Assembly: GCA_964580215.1 (NCBI GenBank)
Contig: CAZOJT010000011.1
Location: 5,884-69,883, forward strand
DNA length: 64,000 nucleotides
Reading direction: 5' to 3'
Origin: an uncultured Ignavibacteria bacterium
GTDB lineage: Bacteria > Zixibacteria > MSB-5A5 > SM1-73
The notes beneath the pieces are model-generated. The model saw nothing but the letters and a program-made list of their open reading frames with translations. It was not told where the DNA came from and searched no databases. Each line of letters begins with the position of its first letter. Position 1 is the stretch's first letter. Below are positions 29,615 to 40,070 of this stretch, piece after piece. The translations under genes were made by a program, and so were the position numbers.

Positions 29615-30150
29615 TTTAAGACTTTCAGATTGTATAGGCTCTATGTTTTTATTTTATTCATTTCCCGCCTTTTTCCAAACATAGAGGGATAATGCTTCAA
29701 TCTATTTTTTGCATTGGAGACAAATATTGTGCGTTTTTTTACCTCTCCCCCCATCCCCCTCTCCATATGATGGAGAGGGGGAGATAGGGGGTGAGGTTTT
29801 TAAAATGTCAACTTTATTAAGCCCTGAACATTCCCGTTTTCATCAAAAATTCCAGCCACTAAAATGGTGAAGAACCCTAATTATATATGGAAAAGAGCTG
29901 TTTTTCTTTGATTTGCTTCTCATCTTTTTTCTGGACATAGATGGTTCAATCTTTAGCGCCTATTGAAAAAGCTATACTTTGGGGCGGGATAAATTCCCGC
30001 CCCTATGGGAGAGGATAGCTCATTTCCCATAGGGCAGGGCATTTAGCCCTGTTAATAGAGCTTTTCAACACTCTCTTTGCCTTACACCTAATAGAATCTG
30101 CTCAATCGATTCGATCGCTCAAATCTTGTGCAAAAACCTTCCCGTTTCCG

Positions 30151-31074
30151 TTACTGTTCCCTTAAATCCAAAGAATTCTTTGTTGAATTCAGAAGCCAAA
30201 GGATATTCTCTCTATCTTTCCCTTCAAAAACCACTATGAGATAATTTCCCTCTAAGTCAATCCCAGGCAGTTTTTTCTCTTTTATCTCAAACATCCTATC
30301 TTCGATGGAAGATTTGTTTTTCAAATAAAACTTCTTGAGGTTTTCTTGTGCTTCTTGTGCTTTGATGGTATCAGGATACTGAATCAAAAGGAGTTTCAAA
30401 CTATCCTTACCCAACGTGAAATCTGCTAACACACAATCGGTTTTCTCATTCAAATTCAGGATGTCCTGATCAGAAAAAAAATAGAGGTTTTTCAGGATAA
30501 TCTGCTTGTGAAAAAAATGAACTGAGCCAGGGATTAGACTATCCGAAGGTATTTTGGAAACAAGCTGAGGAAGCTTGCCTTCTTTTTTGATCTTCCTATC
30601 GATCTTGTTCCCCAGCTTTAAAATAATCTCTTTTAAATCTTTCCCCAGTCCCAGAATCCTTACAAAGAATTTATCTTTCCAGAATCTTAAGAGTCCATCG
30701 CTGTAAATCCCCCTCTGACCAATTTTCACACTTTCCCCCTCCAGATCAAACGAGAAAATACCATAAGCATCGGCGGAGGAATTCATCTGCCAGATCTCTA
30801 TCATTATAGATTTTTCTTTTAGAGTATCTTTAAGTTCGGGTAAGTATCTTTGAACCACCAACTGTTGAAAATCATATGCAAGATAAAGCTCCGCCCCTCC
30901 ATCTATGTAGTCAAAGAGAGTCTTCCGGTTATATATCTCCGTTGCTTCAGATTTAATCCAGCCTCCCTCTGCATCGGGAATAAGTTCTATTAAACTATTT
31001 GTAGCAGAAACACTATTCGGGTTGGAAAAACAAATCAAAAGAGAAGAAAGAAAAAATTTTAAAATCGCTGGCAT
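30151..31074 (-). CDS. DUF6599-like exported protein
   Basis: LFDYIDGGAELYLAYDF, EIWQMNSSADAYGIFS, FWKDKFFV; start at MPAIL inferred. Confidence 0.7.
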   Translation of the reverse strand: MPAILKFFLSSLLICFSNPNSVSATNSLIELIPDAEGGWIKSEATEIYNRKTLFDYIDGGAELYLAYDFQQLVVQRYLPELKDTLKEKSIMIEIWQMNSSADAYGIFSFDLEGESVKIGQRGIYSDGLLRFWKDKFFVRILGLGKDLKEIILKLGNKIDRKIKKEGKLPQLVSKIPSDSLIPGSVHFFHKQIILKNLYFFSDQDILNLNEKTDCVLADFTLGKDSLKLLLIQYPDTIKAQEAQENLKKFYLKNKSSIEDRMFEIKEKKLPGIDLEGNYLIVVFEGKDRENILWLLNSTKNSLDLREQ

Positions 31075-31315
31075 AAACAAAGAGAATTTTACATTCGGAC
31101 GGACTTGTTTTCTCAACGGGCGAAACTCTGTAGATGCCCCGCCAATGGCGGGGCATCTCACAAGATGAACGATTCAACTCAGTTAATTCAACCGACTACA
31201 CAAGCAAGTTATCTTTATTTGAAACGAACTGTCGTGGTTTACTATTTGCCAGCTATTGGCAAGAACCTCTGCAAGAAATATAATTATCAGGGTAATCAAA
31301 TTCTAAAAACTTTTC

Positions 31316-32047
31316 TTATCCTGTTTGAATCCAGGGGAACCATTGGTTTAAAAGACCAGCTATATAGCCAAAGGAGCCTATAAAGATCAAGAATCCGATG
31401 ACGACCAATAACAAACCACTTATGATTTCTATGGTTCGGAAGTGTTTTCTCACCCACCCAAAAACGCCCAGAAAAGTGTTGAAGCTTACAGCAGTTATCA
31501 AAAACGGAATGCCCAATCCTAAAGAATAAGAGGCGAGAAGCATCACTCCCTTTCCTACCGTCCCCTGATTGGAGGCTAAAAGCAAAATCCCACCCAAAAT
31601 CGGACCGATACAGGGGGTCCAGCCGAAGGCAAATGCCAGACCAACCAAAAAGGAGCCTAAAGGACCTAAAGGTTTACTCCTGGTGTGGAACCTTTTTTCA
31701 TAATTCAGGAAGGAAATTTTAAACACGCCCATCATATGCAATCCCAAAAGTATGATGATGACTCCAGCGATTTTGTTGAAAAGGGAAAGCTTGGACAAAA
31801 GAAACTCACCAACAAAGGTTGCCGAAGCACCCATGGCGGTAAAAACAAAGGAGAACCCCAAGACAAACAAAAGCGTATTTAAGGTCACCTTTTTTAACGC
31901 TTCAGACTTTTTGTCCGCACCTTTCATCTCCTCCAATGAGACCCCGGAGATAAAGGAAAGATACCCCGGAATCAAAGGGAGAACGCAAGGGGAAATAAAA
32001 GAGATTATTCCTGCAGTAAAAGCCGCCAGAAGGGAGATGTTTTCCAC
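31316..32047 (-). CDS. ccdA: Cytochrome c biogenesis protein CcdA / DsbD transmembrane domain
   Basis: FISPCVLPLIP and FGWTPCIGPILG. Confidence 0.92.
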   Translation of the reverse strand: MENISLLAAFTAGIISFISPCVLPLIPGYLSFISGVSLEEMKGADKKSEALKKVTLNTLLFVLGFSFVFTAMGASATFVGEFLLSKLSLFNKIAGVIIILLGLHMMGVFKISFLNYEKRFHTRSKPLGPLGSFLVGLAFAFGWTPCIGPILGGILLLASNQGTVGKGVMLLASYSLGLGIPFLITAVSFNTFLGVFGWVRKHFRTIEIISGLLLVVIGFLIFIGSFGYIAGLLNQWFPWIQTG

Positions 32048-32381
32048 TTATTCCTCCAGCTGATTGGTCAAAGTATACGGGTTTTTTACCTCTCCCCCTA
32101 TCTCCTCCCGCCTTTGGCGGGGGGATGGGGGGTGAGGTTTCAATTGACTCCAGTCTCAATATCCAGTTTTATCAAGTCCCTAAGATTCTGGTTCTTATCA
32201 AAAATCTCATACACCACAATGAAAGAGAACTTAAGATATTTACCTGTGATTACGCATCGCTATGGGAAAAATTTGAAATTGGGATGACAGAAAACCAATT
32301 TAACGACGATCTACTCATGTCTTGCAGAACATTCATTTATTTCTCTAAAAGGAACTTTATGAAATTTTTCGAAAAAAATCA

Positions 32382-32423
32382 TTGACAAGTAGTGTCTTTA
32401 TGCATAACTTGTGTATGCATAAA
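32382..32423 (+). promoter_or_regulatory. Sigma70 promoter with inverted-repeat operator over the -10
   Basis: TTGACA-17 bp-TAACTT; TTTATGCATA-N7-TATGCATAAA at 32397-32423. Confidence 0.65.
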
Positions 32424-32599
32424 ATTTATTCGATAAGCGTGTATAGCTTCATTACTAACTTGCCGAGGGGGCAAGTAACATAAAGGTTCGTTCTTTGGCA
32501 GAGGAGGTGATGCGATGCAGAATCAACAATCTAAGCCAGGAAGGCCGAGTTTAACCAAAGACACCTTAAACTTGAAACCAATAACCAAAGGAGTGAAAA

Positions 32600-35500
32600 A
32601 TGACTAAGAAGCTATTTGTTTTCGTGGTTTTAGTTCTGGGTGGCATCCACGCTTTTACGCAAATCGCACAGGCAAGCCCCGACCCTATACCCTTCACTGC
32701 GCCGGTCAACTATTGGACTGGAGATCCGGTTTCCGTTTTCTGCGCGGACTTGGATGGTGATGGAGACTTAGACATCGCTGTCGCAAATTTTGATCGTAAC
32801 CATGTGTCCGTTCTGAAGAACAACGGAGATGGTACCTTTCAGGATCCAGTCAACTACGCAACAGCGGGCAATCCTAGCTCCGTTTTCTGTAAAGATCTCG
32901 ATGGCGACGGAGATCAGGACTTGGCCGTTGCAAATGCAGGGAGCAAGAATATCTCCATCTTGAAGAACAATGGAAATGGAATCTTTCAACTTGACGGTAA
33001 CTACGCGATAGCGGGAAATCTAGGAGATCATCCCCAGAACATCTTCTGTGCTGATTTGGACAATGATGGCGATCCGGACTTAGCGGTATCAAATCGGACT
33101 ACCGATTATGTTTCTATATTAAAGAACAACGGGGATGGGACTTTTCAAACTAAAGTTGACTATGCTGTAGGAGGCCGTCCTTATTCTGTTTTTTGCGGTG
33201 ACCTGGATGGAGATTCAGATTTTGACCTAGCCGTAGCAAATGGTTATGATGACAATGTGTCCATCTTAAAGAACAATGGAGACGGCACTTTTCAACCCTG
33301 GGTCCATTGCCCGGTAGGAATTGCGCCTCAAGCCGTTTACGGCGCCGATCTCGATGGTGATGGCGATGTGGACTTAGCCGTAGCCAATTGGACTACTGAC
33401 AATGTCTCGATCTTAAAGAACAATGGCAATGCAACTTTCCAACCTGCAGTCCACTATGGAGCGGGAGATGCTCCGCAAGCTGTTTTCTGCGCGGATCTGG
33501 ATGGGGATTTGCATCCGGAAGTAGTTGTGGCAAACAGATATAGTGGCAATGTTTCTATATTAAAGAACAACGGAGACGGCACCTTTCAAGCAGTAGACAA
33601 CTACCTAACAGGACCTGAGGCTCACTCTGTTTTCTGTGCAGACCTGAACGGCGATGGGTATTTGGACTTAGCTGTTGGAAATGCCGGTACCAACGAAGTC
33701 TCTATTCTGATTAACTTGACCATGCCCGCTCCGCCAGATGAATGGGAGACGCTTGAATTTTCCGGAAGAACTTGGCACGTCAAGAAGGCTGAGACACCTG
33801 TGGGGCCTGGCAAGAATTATTTTACGGCCAGAAAGAGTGACATCTGGGTTGATGAAGCCCAGGACGAACTTCACTTGAGAATACTTTACCGACACGGCAG
33901 ATGGTATTGCTCCGAGGTTTATTCGGATGAATCGTTTGGATATGGAGAATACGTCTTCGTCTTCTATTTAGCAACCGAGGCAATTGAGGATCCGCCACCC
34001 AATGCCGTCCTAGGTTTATTTACCTGGGATACCACAACGTGTGTATCAGACGCGAACAGCGAAATAGACATAGAAGTCTCAAAATGGGGAGATAATAGTG
34101 CTGATAGCATTCTTCTATACGCTGTGCAACCCACAGGGGATGCCATCTACACGGAACGTTTCAGAAAGTTTCCCATGGACCTCAATGACGACTATTCAAC
34201 CCATGTATTCCAGTGGACCCCTTACAGGGTTCAGTTCTGGAGCTATCATGGTCAGGATTATCCAACGAACGATCTAATTCCGGAGTGGGATTTTTTTGAC
34301 CCCGAAACCTGTCGCTCCAAGAGTGATGAGGAATGTACCTCAGAGTGCATAGACATACCGAAACCCGGTCCTGCCACGAATGTGCGTATGAACCTATGGC
34401 TTTGTGACTGCGATGGCGACAAAATCGGAGATCCGCTTTCGAATGATACGAGCGAAGTATTTGAAGTCATCATAAAGGCATTTGAGTTTGTGGAAGCTCC
34501 AATTCTGAAGTTTGTGAAGGGTTCACCAGTTGACGTGAGAATAACCACGCCAGATAGCAATATAATTGACAGAGAAGTCAACGAAATCCCTGGCGGGAGA
34601 TATGAAGTGTATGAGTTAACCCCTGGTGATAGTGGGGCAACTGTTACGATCCCTTATCCGCCAGCGGGCGTCTATTATGTTGAAGTAATACCGTGGCCGA
34701 CCGCAGACCCAACCGCCACATACTCTGTCATCGCAGTATTTGAGAATGATACCACTATCCTGGCCCAGGACGTTCCGCTTGCAGCCGCACCTGATTATCC
34801 TTATAGATTCTGGACAATCCCGATTGGCTCAATTTCAGGTAGTGTTTCGGACTCCTTGGACGGACTATTGGGAGTCACAATTGATCTATTCGATAGCAAC
34901 GGCACATTGGCTCAGTTTGCCATCACAGACACCTCTGGATTCTTCGAATTCGACAGCGTGGACGTCGGCGACTATAACATTTCAATAGTTACACCGTTGG
35001 GCTACGTGGCAGATTTTGAGTCAAGACCAATAACGGTGACCATGAACGCAGATAGCGTTGTCAACTTCACGCTCCATGCCCTGGAAATCGTGCCTTCGCA
35101 AAGAAGCATGGGCTACTGGAAACATCAGGTGAATGTCCATTTGTCTGGAAAAGGTGGCGCACAAGAAGGCCTGGCTGAGATGTCAAATTACATGGGCCTT
35201 ATCGGAGAACACTTCAACAACAATCTGGCCAATCCCATAACTATATTCGAAGTACCTCAGCCAGCATCCCAGACTGACAGCCTTGAGGTTCTCCAAGACC
35301 TTCTCACAGTCAGAGGAAATGCCGGCATGAATGCCAAGGCAAGACAACACCTAATTGCAGTGTTGCTCAACGTTGTGTCGCTGAAACTCCATCAAACAAC
35401 TCCAATTAGCGAGGACAATGCCTCTGTATCCCAAGCCATAACATACTGCCACCAGCTCATCGCAGATTCAGACCCAGCCAATGATGAGACTGCAAAAGAC

Positions 35501-35896
35501 ATTGCAGATCAGATTAACAACGGCCTCTTAGTGGCTTCGGGAGTGATTCCTTTGACCACACCAAATATTGCCTATAAAGGCACCGGAGATCAAGAGGCTC
35601 AGACGCCAAGCGCTCCAAAGGAATTCTCACTCTCGCAGAACTATCCAAATCCCTTCAACCCGATATGTGAGATCGCATATGTTCTTCCAACTGACTGTCA
35701 AGTAACGCTCAGTATCTATAATATCCTTGGGCAAAAAGTGAGAGTTCTACTGGATGAGTATCAAAGCGCAGGAGATAAGTCGGTGAAATGGGATGGGAAA
35801 GACGATCAAGGACAAGAGGTGACAAGCGGAGTCTACTTCTACAGGATTCAGGCGGGAGACTTTGTGCAGTCTAGGAAAATGGTACTGATGAAGTAA
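32600..35896 (+). CDS. Secreted FG-GAP repeat + GH16-like + Ig/carboxypeptidase-regulatory-like + FlgD/T9SS-type C-terminal domain protein
   Basis: Seven DLDGDGDxDLAVAN repeats; EIDIE motif; FSLSQNYPNPFNP...IYNILGQKV...WDGKD...SGVYFYRI. Confidence 0.88.
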   Translation: MTKKLFVFVVLVLGGIHAFTQIAQASPDPIPFTAPVNYWTGDPVSVFCADLDGDGDLDIAVANFDRNHVSVLKNNGDGTFQDPVNYATAGNPSSVFCKDLDGDGDQDLAVANAGSKNISILKNNGNGIFQLDGNYAIAGNLGDHPQNIFCADLDNDGDPDLAVSNRTTDYVSILKNNGDGTFQTKVDYAVGGRPYSVFCGDLDGDSDFDLAVANGYDDNVSILKNNGDGTFQPWVHCPVGIAPQAVYGADLDGDGDVDLAVANWTTDNVSILKNNGNATFQPAVHYGAGDAPQAVFCADLDGDLHPEVVVANRYSGNVSILKNNGDGTFQAVDNYLTGPEAHSVFCADLNGDGYLDLAVGNAGTNEVSILINLTMPAPPDEWETLEFSGRTWHVKKAETPVGPGKNYFTARKSDIWVDEAQDELHLRILYRHGRWYCSEVYSDESFGYGEYVFVFYLATEAIEDPPPNAVLGLFTWDTTTCVSDANSEIDIEVSKWGDNSADSILLYAVQPTGDAIYTERFRKFPMDLNDDYSTHVFQWTPYRVQFWSYHGQDYPTNDLIPEWDFFDPETCRSKSDEECTSECIDIPKPGPATNVRMNLWLCDCDGDKIGDPLSNDTSEVFEVIIKAFEFVEAPILKFVKGSPVDVRITTPDSNIIDREVNEIPGGRYEVYELTPGDSGATVTIPYPPAGVYYVEVIPWPTADPTATYSVIAVFENDTTILAQDVPLAAAPDYPYRFWTIPIGSISGSVSDSLDGLLGVTIDLFDSNGTLAQFAITDTSGFFEFDSVDVGDYNISIVTPLGYVADFESRPITVTMNADSVVNFTLHALEIVPSQRSMGYWKHQVNVHLSGKGGAQEGLAEMSNYMGLIGEHFNNNLANPITIFEVPQPASQTDSLEVLQDLLTVRGNAGMNAKARQHLIAVLLNVVSLKLHQTTPISEDNASVSQAITYCHQLIADSDPANDETAKDIADQINNGLLVASGVIPLTTPNIAYKGTGDQEAQTPSAPKEFSLSQNYPNPFNPICEIAYVLPTDCQVTLSIYNILGQKVRVLLDEYQSAGDKSVKWDGKDDQGQEVTSGVYFYRIQAGDFVQSRKMVLMK

Positions 35897-35918
35897 CGAG
35901 AAAAAGGTAGAATCCACC

Positions 35919-35951
35919 AAGAAGAGCCCCGCCTCTGGCGGGGCTCTTCTT
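35919..35951. terminator. Intrinsic terminator between convergent genes
   Basis: aagaagagcccc-gcctctggc-ggggctcttctt followed by GTTTT. Confidence 0.7.
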
Positions 35952-36092
35952 GTTTTACAAATGTCAATCGAAAGCTTTTTATTTAATAGTTGCGTCAGGA
36001 GCTCTACTCTTGACGCTTTGAAAGGTGTCAGGACTGAGGTCCTGACACAACAACAAAAGTCTTTCATCATCTTGAGGGCAAAAGTCTTTTCT

Positions 36093-37079
36093 TCAGGATA
36101 AATCCTTTCTCAATTTGTCCATCTCCTCCCGAATTATCTTTTCCAGAAACTCAGGGCTTATTTTTTTTGCCACCTCTTGAGCAATCCTTTCAGAAATCCT
36201 TTCCTTTAAATCTAAAAATAGTGGGGCGAACTGAGACCGACTGACCTCTTCCCTTGCTGAAGGTTTCACTGCTGTCGATTTTTCCTTATCCGGTCCCTCC
36301 ACTTCCTGTTTCAACTCTTTCAAGAAATCCTCATATCCTTTCTCATGCTCATTTATCTCATAGATTTTGCTTTCCTTTTTATGGTCTGTTTTTTTGTCTG
36401 TAATTTTCTGATCAAATAGGATTGGCTTCTCCTCCAGATGTGAATCTACTTTTTCATCCTCCTTGGTCTCCTTTTTTAGCTCGGACATAAACCAGTCAAA
36501 TCCATGAACTCCCTCTCCATCTGAAGCTCGAGCGGATGATTCTAAACTCTCCATAAGATCCATGGTCTCAACAATATCCAAAATGTCATCTGATTTTTCC
36601 TTCTGGATAGGAGGAGCAGTTTTCTGAGTTTTCTTTTTGTCTAATGTATCATCTTTCCCAGGAGGAAAGTCTTCAGTTGCTTCTCGCTCATCTTCTGACG
36701 GAAAGGTTTTCTCCTTTTCAAGTAGCCTCTCCACATGATCCAATATCTCCCTGGGGTTAAAAGGCTTGGTGATGAAGGCATCTGCACCAATCAACCTTAG
36801 TTCCTGCTTTTTTTCTACTTCATCTTCGGATAAAAGCATTAGCACCGGAACATCTTTTAAGCTTTGGTTCTGCTTAAGCTCTTTGCATACCTGCCCGCCG
36901 TTCAGGATAGACAAGGAATCATCCAGGAAGATGAGGTCGGGTTTGTTTGCCTTAGCAATTCCTAAGGCTTTCGCTCCATCGTCAGCTAAAAACACTTCAT
37001 ACCCGTGTTTTCTTAACAGAGATTCGGCTACGCTTCTCACGGTAGGGCTGTCATCCGCCACCAAGATCTTACGGTTCAT
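36093..37079 (-). CDS. Response regulator: receiver + acidic disordered linker + C-terminal helix (RomR-like architecture)
   Basis: ILVADDS, PDLIFLD, FITKPF; ends ERIAQEVAKKISPEFLEKIIREEMDKLR. Confidence 0.8.
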   Translation of the reverse strand: MNRKILVADDSPTVRSVAESLLRKHGYEVFLADDGAKALGIAKANKPDLIFLDDSLSILNGGQVCKELKQNQSLKDVPVLMLLSEDEVEKKQELRLIGADAFITKPFNPREILDHVERLLEKEKTFPSEDEREATEDFPPGKDDTLDKKKTQKTAPPIQKEKSDDILDIVETMDLMESLESSARASDGEGVHGFDWFMSELKKETKEDEKVDSHLEEKPILFDQKITDKKTDHKKESKIYEINEHEKGYEDFLKELKQEVEGPDKEKSTAVKPSAREEVSRSQFAPLFLDLKERISERIAQEVAKKISPEFLEKIIREEMDKLRKDLS

Positions 37080-37210
37080 AGTTCACCGTTCATAGTTTTT
37101 GGTTCATCGTCCATTGGGGAGAAGAGAATCACTAATGTAGATTGCCCTACAATTTCTCTTCTTGGTTCGGGCGGGGGTTAAACCCCCGCCCGATCAAGCT
37201 AAAGGTGAAG

Positions 37211-38041
37211 TCATCTTTTTTCCCATTGCTTAGACAAAAGTTGGCTGGCTTGCTCTAAGGTCTTCTTTTCCTCTTTGGTAAGATTATCGTAACCCACCTG
37301 ATTTATCTTATCCAAAATCTGATCCACCCTTTCCATCAACCTCTGTTCCTTTTCCCTTTTCTTATTAATGGCTTTCATTCTACGTTGATGTCTAAAACTC
37401 TTCAAATGGGTGAGGTATGTTGATAATCGGAAGATTGCGGGAATTCTAAAGTCGGCTTTGATATACAGATAACCGATAATCATTCCCCCTAAGTGGGCAA
37501 AATGCCCTATTCCATCCGAGGTATGCCTGAAAGAGGCTAAAAACTCGATCACCGCAAAGAAAATCACCAGATACTTGGCTTTCACCGGAAAGATGAAATA
37601 GAGATAAATTAATCTATTGGGGAACATGAGAGCGAACGCCACCAAGATTCCGAAGATAGCTCCAGATGCTCCAATGGTGGGAATATGTGAATTAAACGAA
37701 AGGATGAAAGTAAAAAGCCCCGCCCCTATGCCGGTGATGAAATAATACTTCACAAACTCCTTTGTCCCCCAGGTTCTTTCTATCTCACATCCAAACATCC
37801 ACAGAGCAAACATATTGAAAAGAATATGAAACAAGCCCCCGTGAAGAAACATATATGTGACCGGTTGCCAGATGAAGCCCTCTTTCACTAAGGTTGGTGT
37901 TAACCCGAAAAGATAGATTAGCTCAGAACCCCACAGAAATTCCAGAACAAAAATCCCCACATTTGCCAGCAGGAGATATTTGACCGCTTTTGTGATTCCC
38001 CAGGGTCCAGAGCTGTAAGTTCTGTATCCGTAGTAGCTCAT
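37211..38041 (-). CDS. Rhomboid family intramembrane serine protease
   Basis: TYMFLHGG..HILFNM, IGASGA, HFAHLGG, C-terminal VDQILDKINQVGYDNLT. Confidence 0.93.
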   Translation of the reverse strand: MSYYGYRTYSSGPWGITKAVKYLLLANVGIFVLEFLWGSELIYLFGLTPTLVKEGFIWQPVTYMFLHGGLFHILFNMFALWMFGCEIERTWGTKEFVKYYFITGIGAGLFTFILSFNSHIPTIGASGAIFGILVAFALMFPNRLIYLYFIFPVKAKYLVIFFAVIEFLASFRHTSDGIGHFAHLGGMIIGYLYIKADFRIPAIFRLSTYLTHLKSFRHQRRMKAINKKREKEQRLMERVDQILDKINQVGYDNLTKEEKKTLEQASQLLSKQWEKR

Positions 38042-38149
38042 ATATTTATCTATCGGAGAGCATGACAGTTTATTTAAAACAGAACTAAGAAATGAGATCT
38101 CTGAAAAATTACTTTAAAAAGGCAAATTGGGGTGTTCACCTTTAGGGAC

Positions 38150-38945
38150 TGTTGAAAACGTGTTTTTGGAGTGCGAAAGCTTGTCCGAAGTATCCCCCGC
38201 CTTTGGCGGGGGGCTTTCGCAATTTCTTGAAATCCGGAGTCGTAGGGACAACCCTTCCTTCGACTTTGCTCCCTCCGGGTCTGAGCCTTCCTTCTCCCGC
38301 CAAAGGCGGGATCAGGACGAAGTGCAGGGTCGAAGACAGGATGGTGAACTTGTCCCTCGACTTCGCTCGGGACGGTGAGCTTGCCGAACTGTCGAACCGT
38401 GTGGCTGTCCTTTCTTCCTCACAGATGATTATCAGGATTAAGCAGATACAAGCATCTTTCTAAAGATCCTGCGGGCAGACAATCTGCTGCAAAAATCCGC
38501 TAAATCAGTTTCATCTGCTGTGAAGAAAAGTACCGGACAGGGACACTTCTCCCGCCAAAGGCGGGCTCAGTGCAGGCAAGCCCTGTCCCTACGGTCGCGT
38601 GTGTCATTCTGAGTCCCGCCGCAGGTGGGGCGAAGAATCTAAAAGCGAGATGCTTCCCCCGCCAAAGGCGGGGTCAGCATGACACGTCCGTGATAGCCGT
38701 TGGGACCCCGCCGTTGGCGGGATGGACCTCCTTTTTTTCTCACAGCTGATTATCAGGATTAAACAGATTAAAACATCTTTTCTCAAGATCCTGCGGGCAG
38801 ACAATCTGCTGCAAAAATCCGCTTAATCAGTTTCATCTGCTGTGAGGAAAACTTGTAGGGACAGCCCTTCAGGGTGAATCTCTTTCCTTCGACCCTGAGG
38901 TCTCAGGACCGAAGGGCAGGATGAACCCTCGTGGCTGTCCGCTAT
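38150..38945. repeat. Mosaic of REP/MITE-like elements including two ~117-bp copies (38411-38529, 38735-38851)
   Basis: Near-identical cagctgattatcaggatta...catctgctgtgaggaaaa copies with TTTTCCTCACAG-type terminal inverted repeats; several CCCGCC-N3-GGCGGG hairpins. Confidence 0.8.
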
Positions 38946-39029
38946 CTTAGGTAATTCCTATTACCGAAGCATCAGAAAATAGTGGGCCATGCAATAACAT
39001 GGGTAAATCGCGCGATATTAACGCATATT

Positions 39030-40070
39030 TCAGTTGCGGCGGCTCATTTGCTTACGTGCTTTAGCCTTGAGACCTGTTATTAGGCCAATATTTTGGCTGA
39101 TTCGGCGATATTTCACCGAGCTGAATCCTGTCTCCTTGAGTGAACATAATATGCTAGGCTTGGTTTGTCCCTTGGGCCTTATCGACAGATACCCGTGCAT
39201 AAACGCAGAAGGTGACGGCGCTTTTGATCTTGACGGGGGAAAACAACTTCTTACTACCATACCGCCGTCCGGCAGTCTCTCGTAAGCCATCTTCATGACT
39301 CGGGTGTCGATATAACCGATGTTCCAGAACATTATGATATCGAAGCCGCGGGGGATAGACTTGTTCATGTCGCCAGCCAGCGTCTTTATCCGGTGAGACA
39401 AACGTTCTTCACGAATAATTTCGCTGGCGGCATCGCATACGAACTTAAAATCAAAGATGCAGGCCGTTAGCTGTGGGTATGCCCGCGCCAGTGCGAAAGA
39501 CATAACGCCCGACCCGCCACCCACATCCAAAAGTGACTGGTAGTTTGACAAATCCAGATTCTTAGCCAGGATTTCAGCATCGGGCTTGTTTAGATCGTAG
39601 AGTGCACGGGTGAATTCCCTGGCCCAGCGAGGATCTTCCTGCGCAAGTTCGTAATCAGGTTTGCGCTCCTTGCCCAGTATCTGCTGCCAATCCCTGCCGC
39701 TTGATATTACATCCTCCATGACCGACAGGGCCTCATAGTCTTTAGCGCACTCATATGACCAAAGCCTTGTCCAGTCGATTGACCGCGCCTGTAGGAAGTG
39801 TCTGTTGGCAAGCGTGGAGTTACGATACAAATTGTCTTTTTTCTTCAAAAGCCCTAGGAAGACCAGAAAATCGAGGAAGGGCTCACAGTGTTTGCGATGA
39901 ATGCCCGCACGTCTACCTAGCTCAGCAGCGGACAATTCCTCTCCGTGGAGCTTTCGAAAGACTAAGAGTCTTTCCGCCGCTATGACACAGCGTGAGGCCT
40001 GGAAAATCGTCTCCAGGTCCAGTTTCTCCAATACCCTCTTGGGTAGCTTGTCCAACGTCAATTCTCTCAT
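39030..40070 (-). CDS. SAM-dependent methyltransferase (O-methyltransferase type 2, with dimerisation domain)
   Basis: LLDVGGGSG, LAGDM, N-terminal winged-helix segment. Confidence 0.85.
   Translation of the reverse strand: MRELTLDKLPKRVLEKLDLETIFQASRCVIAAERLLVFRKLHGEELSAAELGRRAGIHRKHCEPFLDFLVFLGLLKKKDNLYRNSTLANRHFLQARSIDWTRLWSYECAKDYEALSVMEDVISSGRDWQQILGKERKPDYELAQEDPRWAREFTRALYDLNKPDAEILAKNLDLSNYQSLLDVGGGSGVMSFALARAYPQLTACIFDFKFVCDAASEIIREERLSHRIKTLAGDMNKSIPRGFDIIMFWNIGYIDTRVMKMAYERLPDGGMVVRSCFPPSRSKAPSPSAFMHGYLSIRPKGQTKPSILCSLKETGFSSVKYRRISQNIGLITGLKAKARKQMSRRN

Noticed and set aside
32690-33710. DNA-level tandem repeats
   Set aside because: Fully explained by coding FG-GAP repeats
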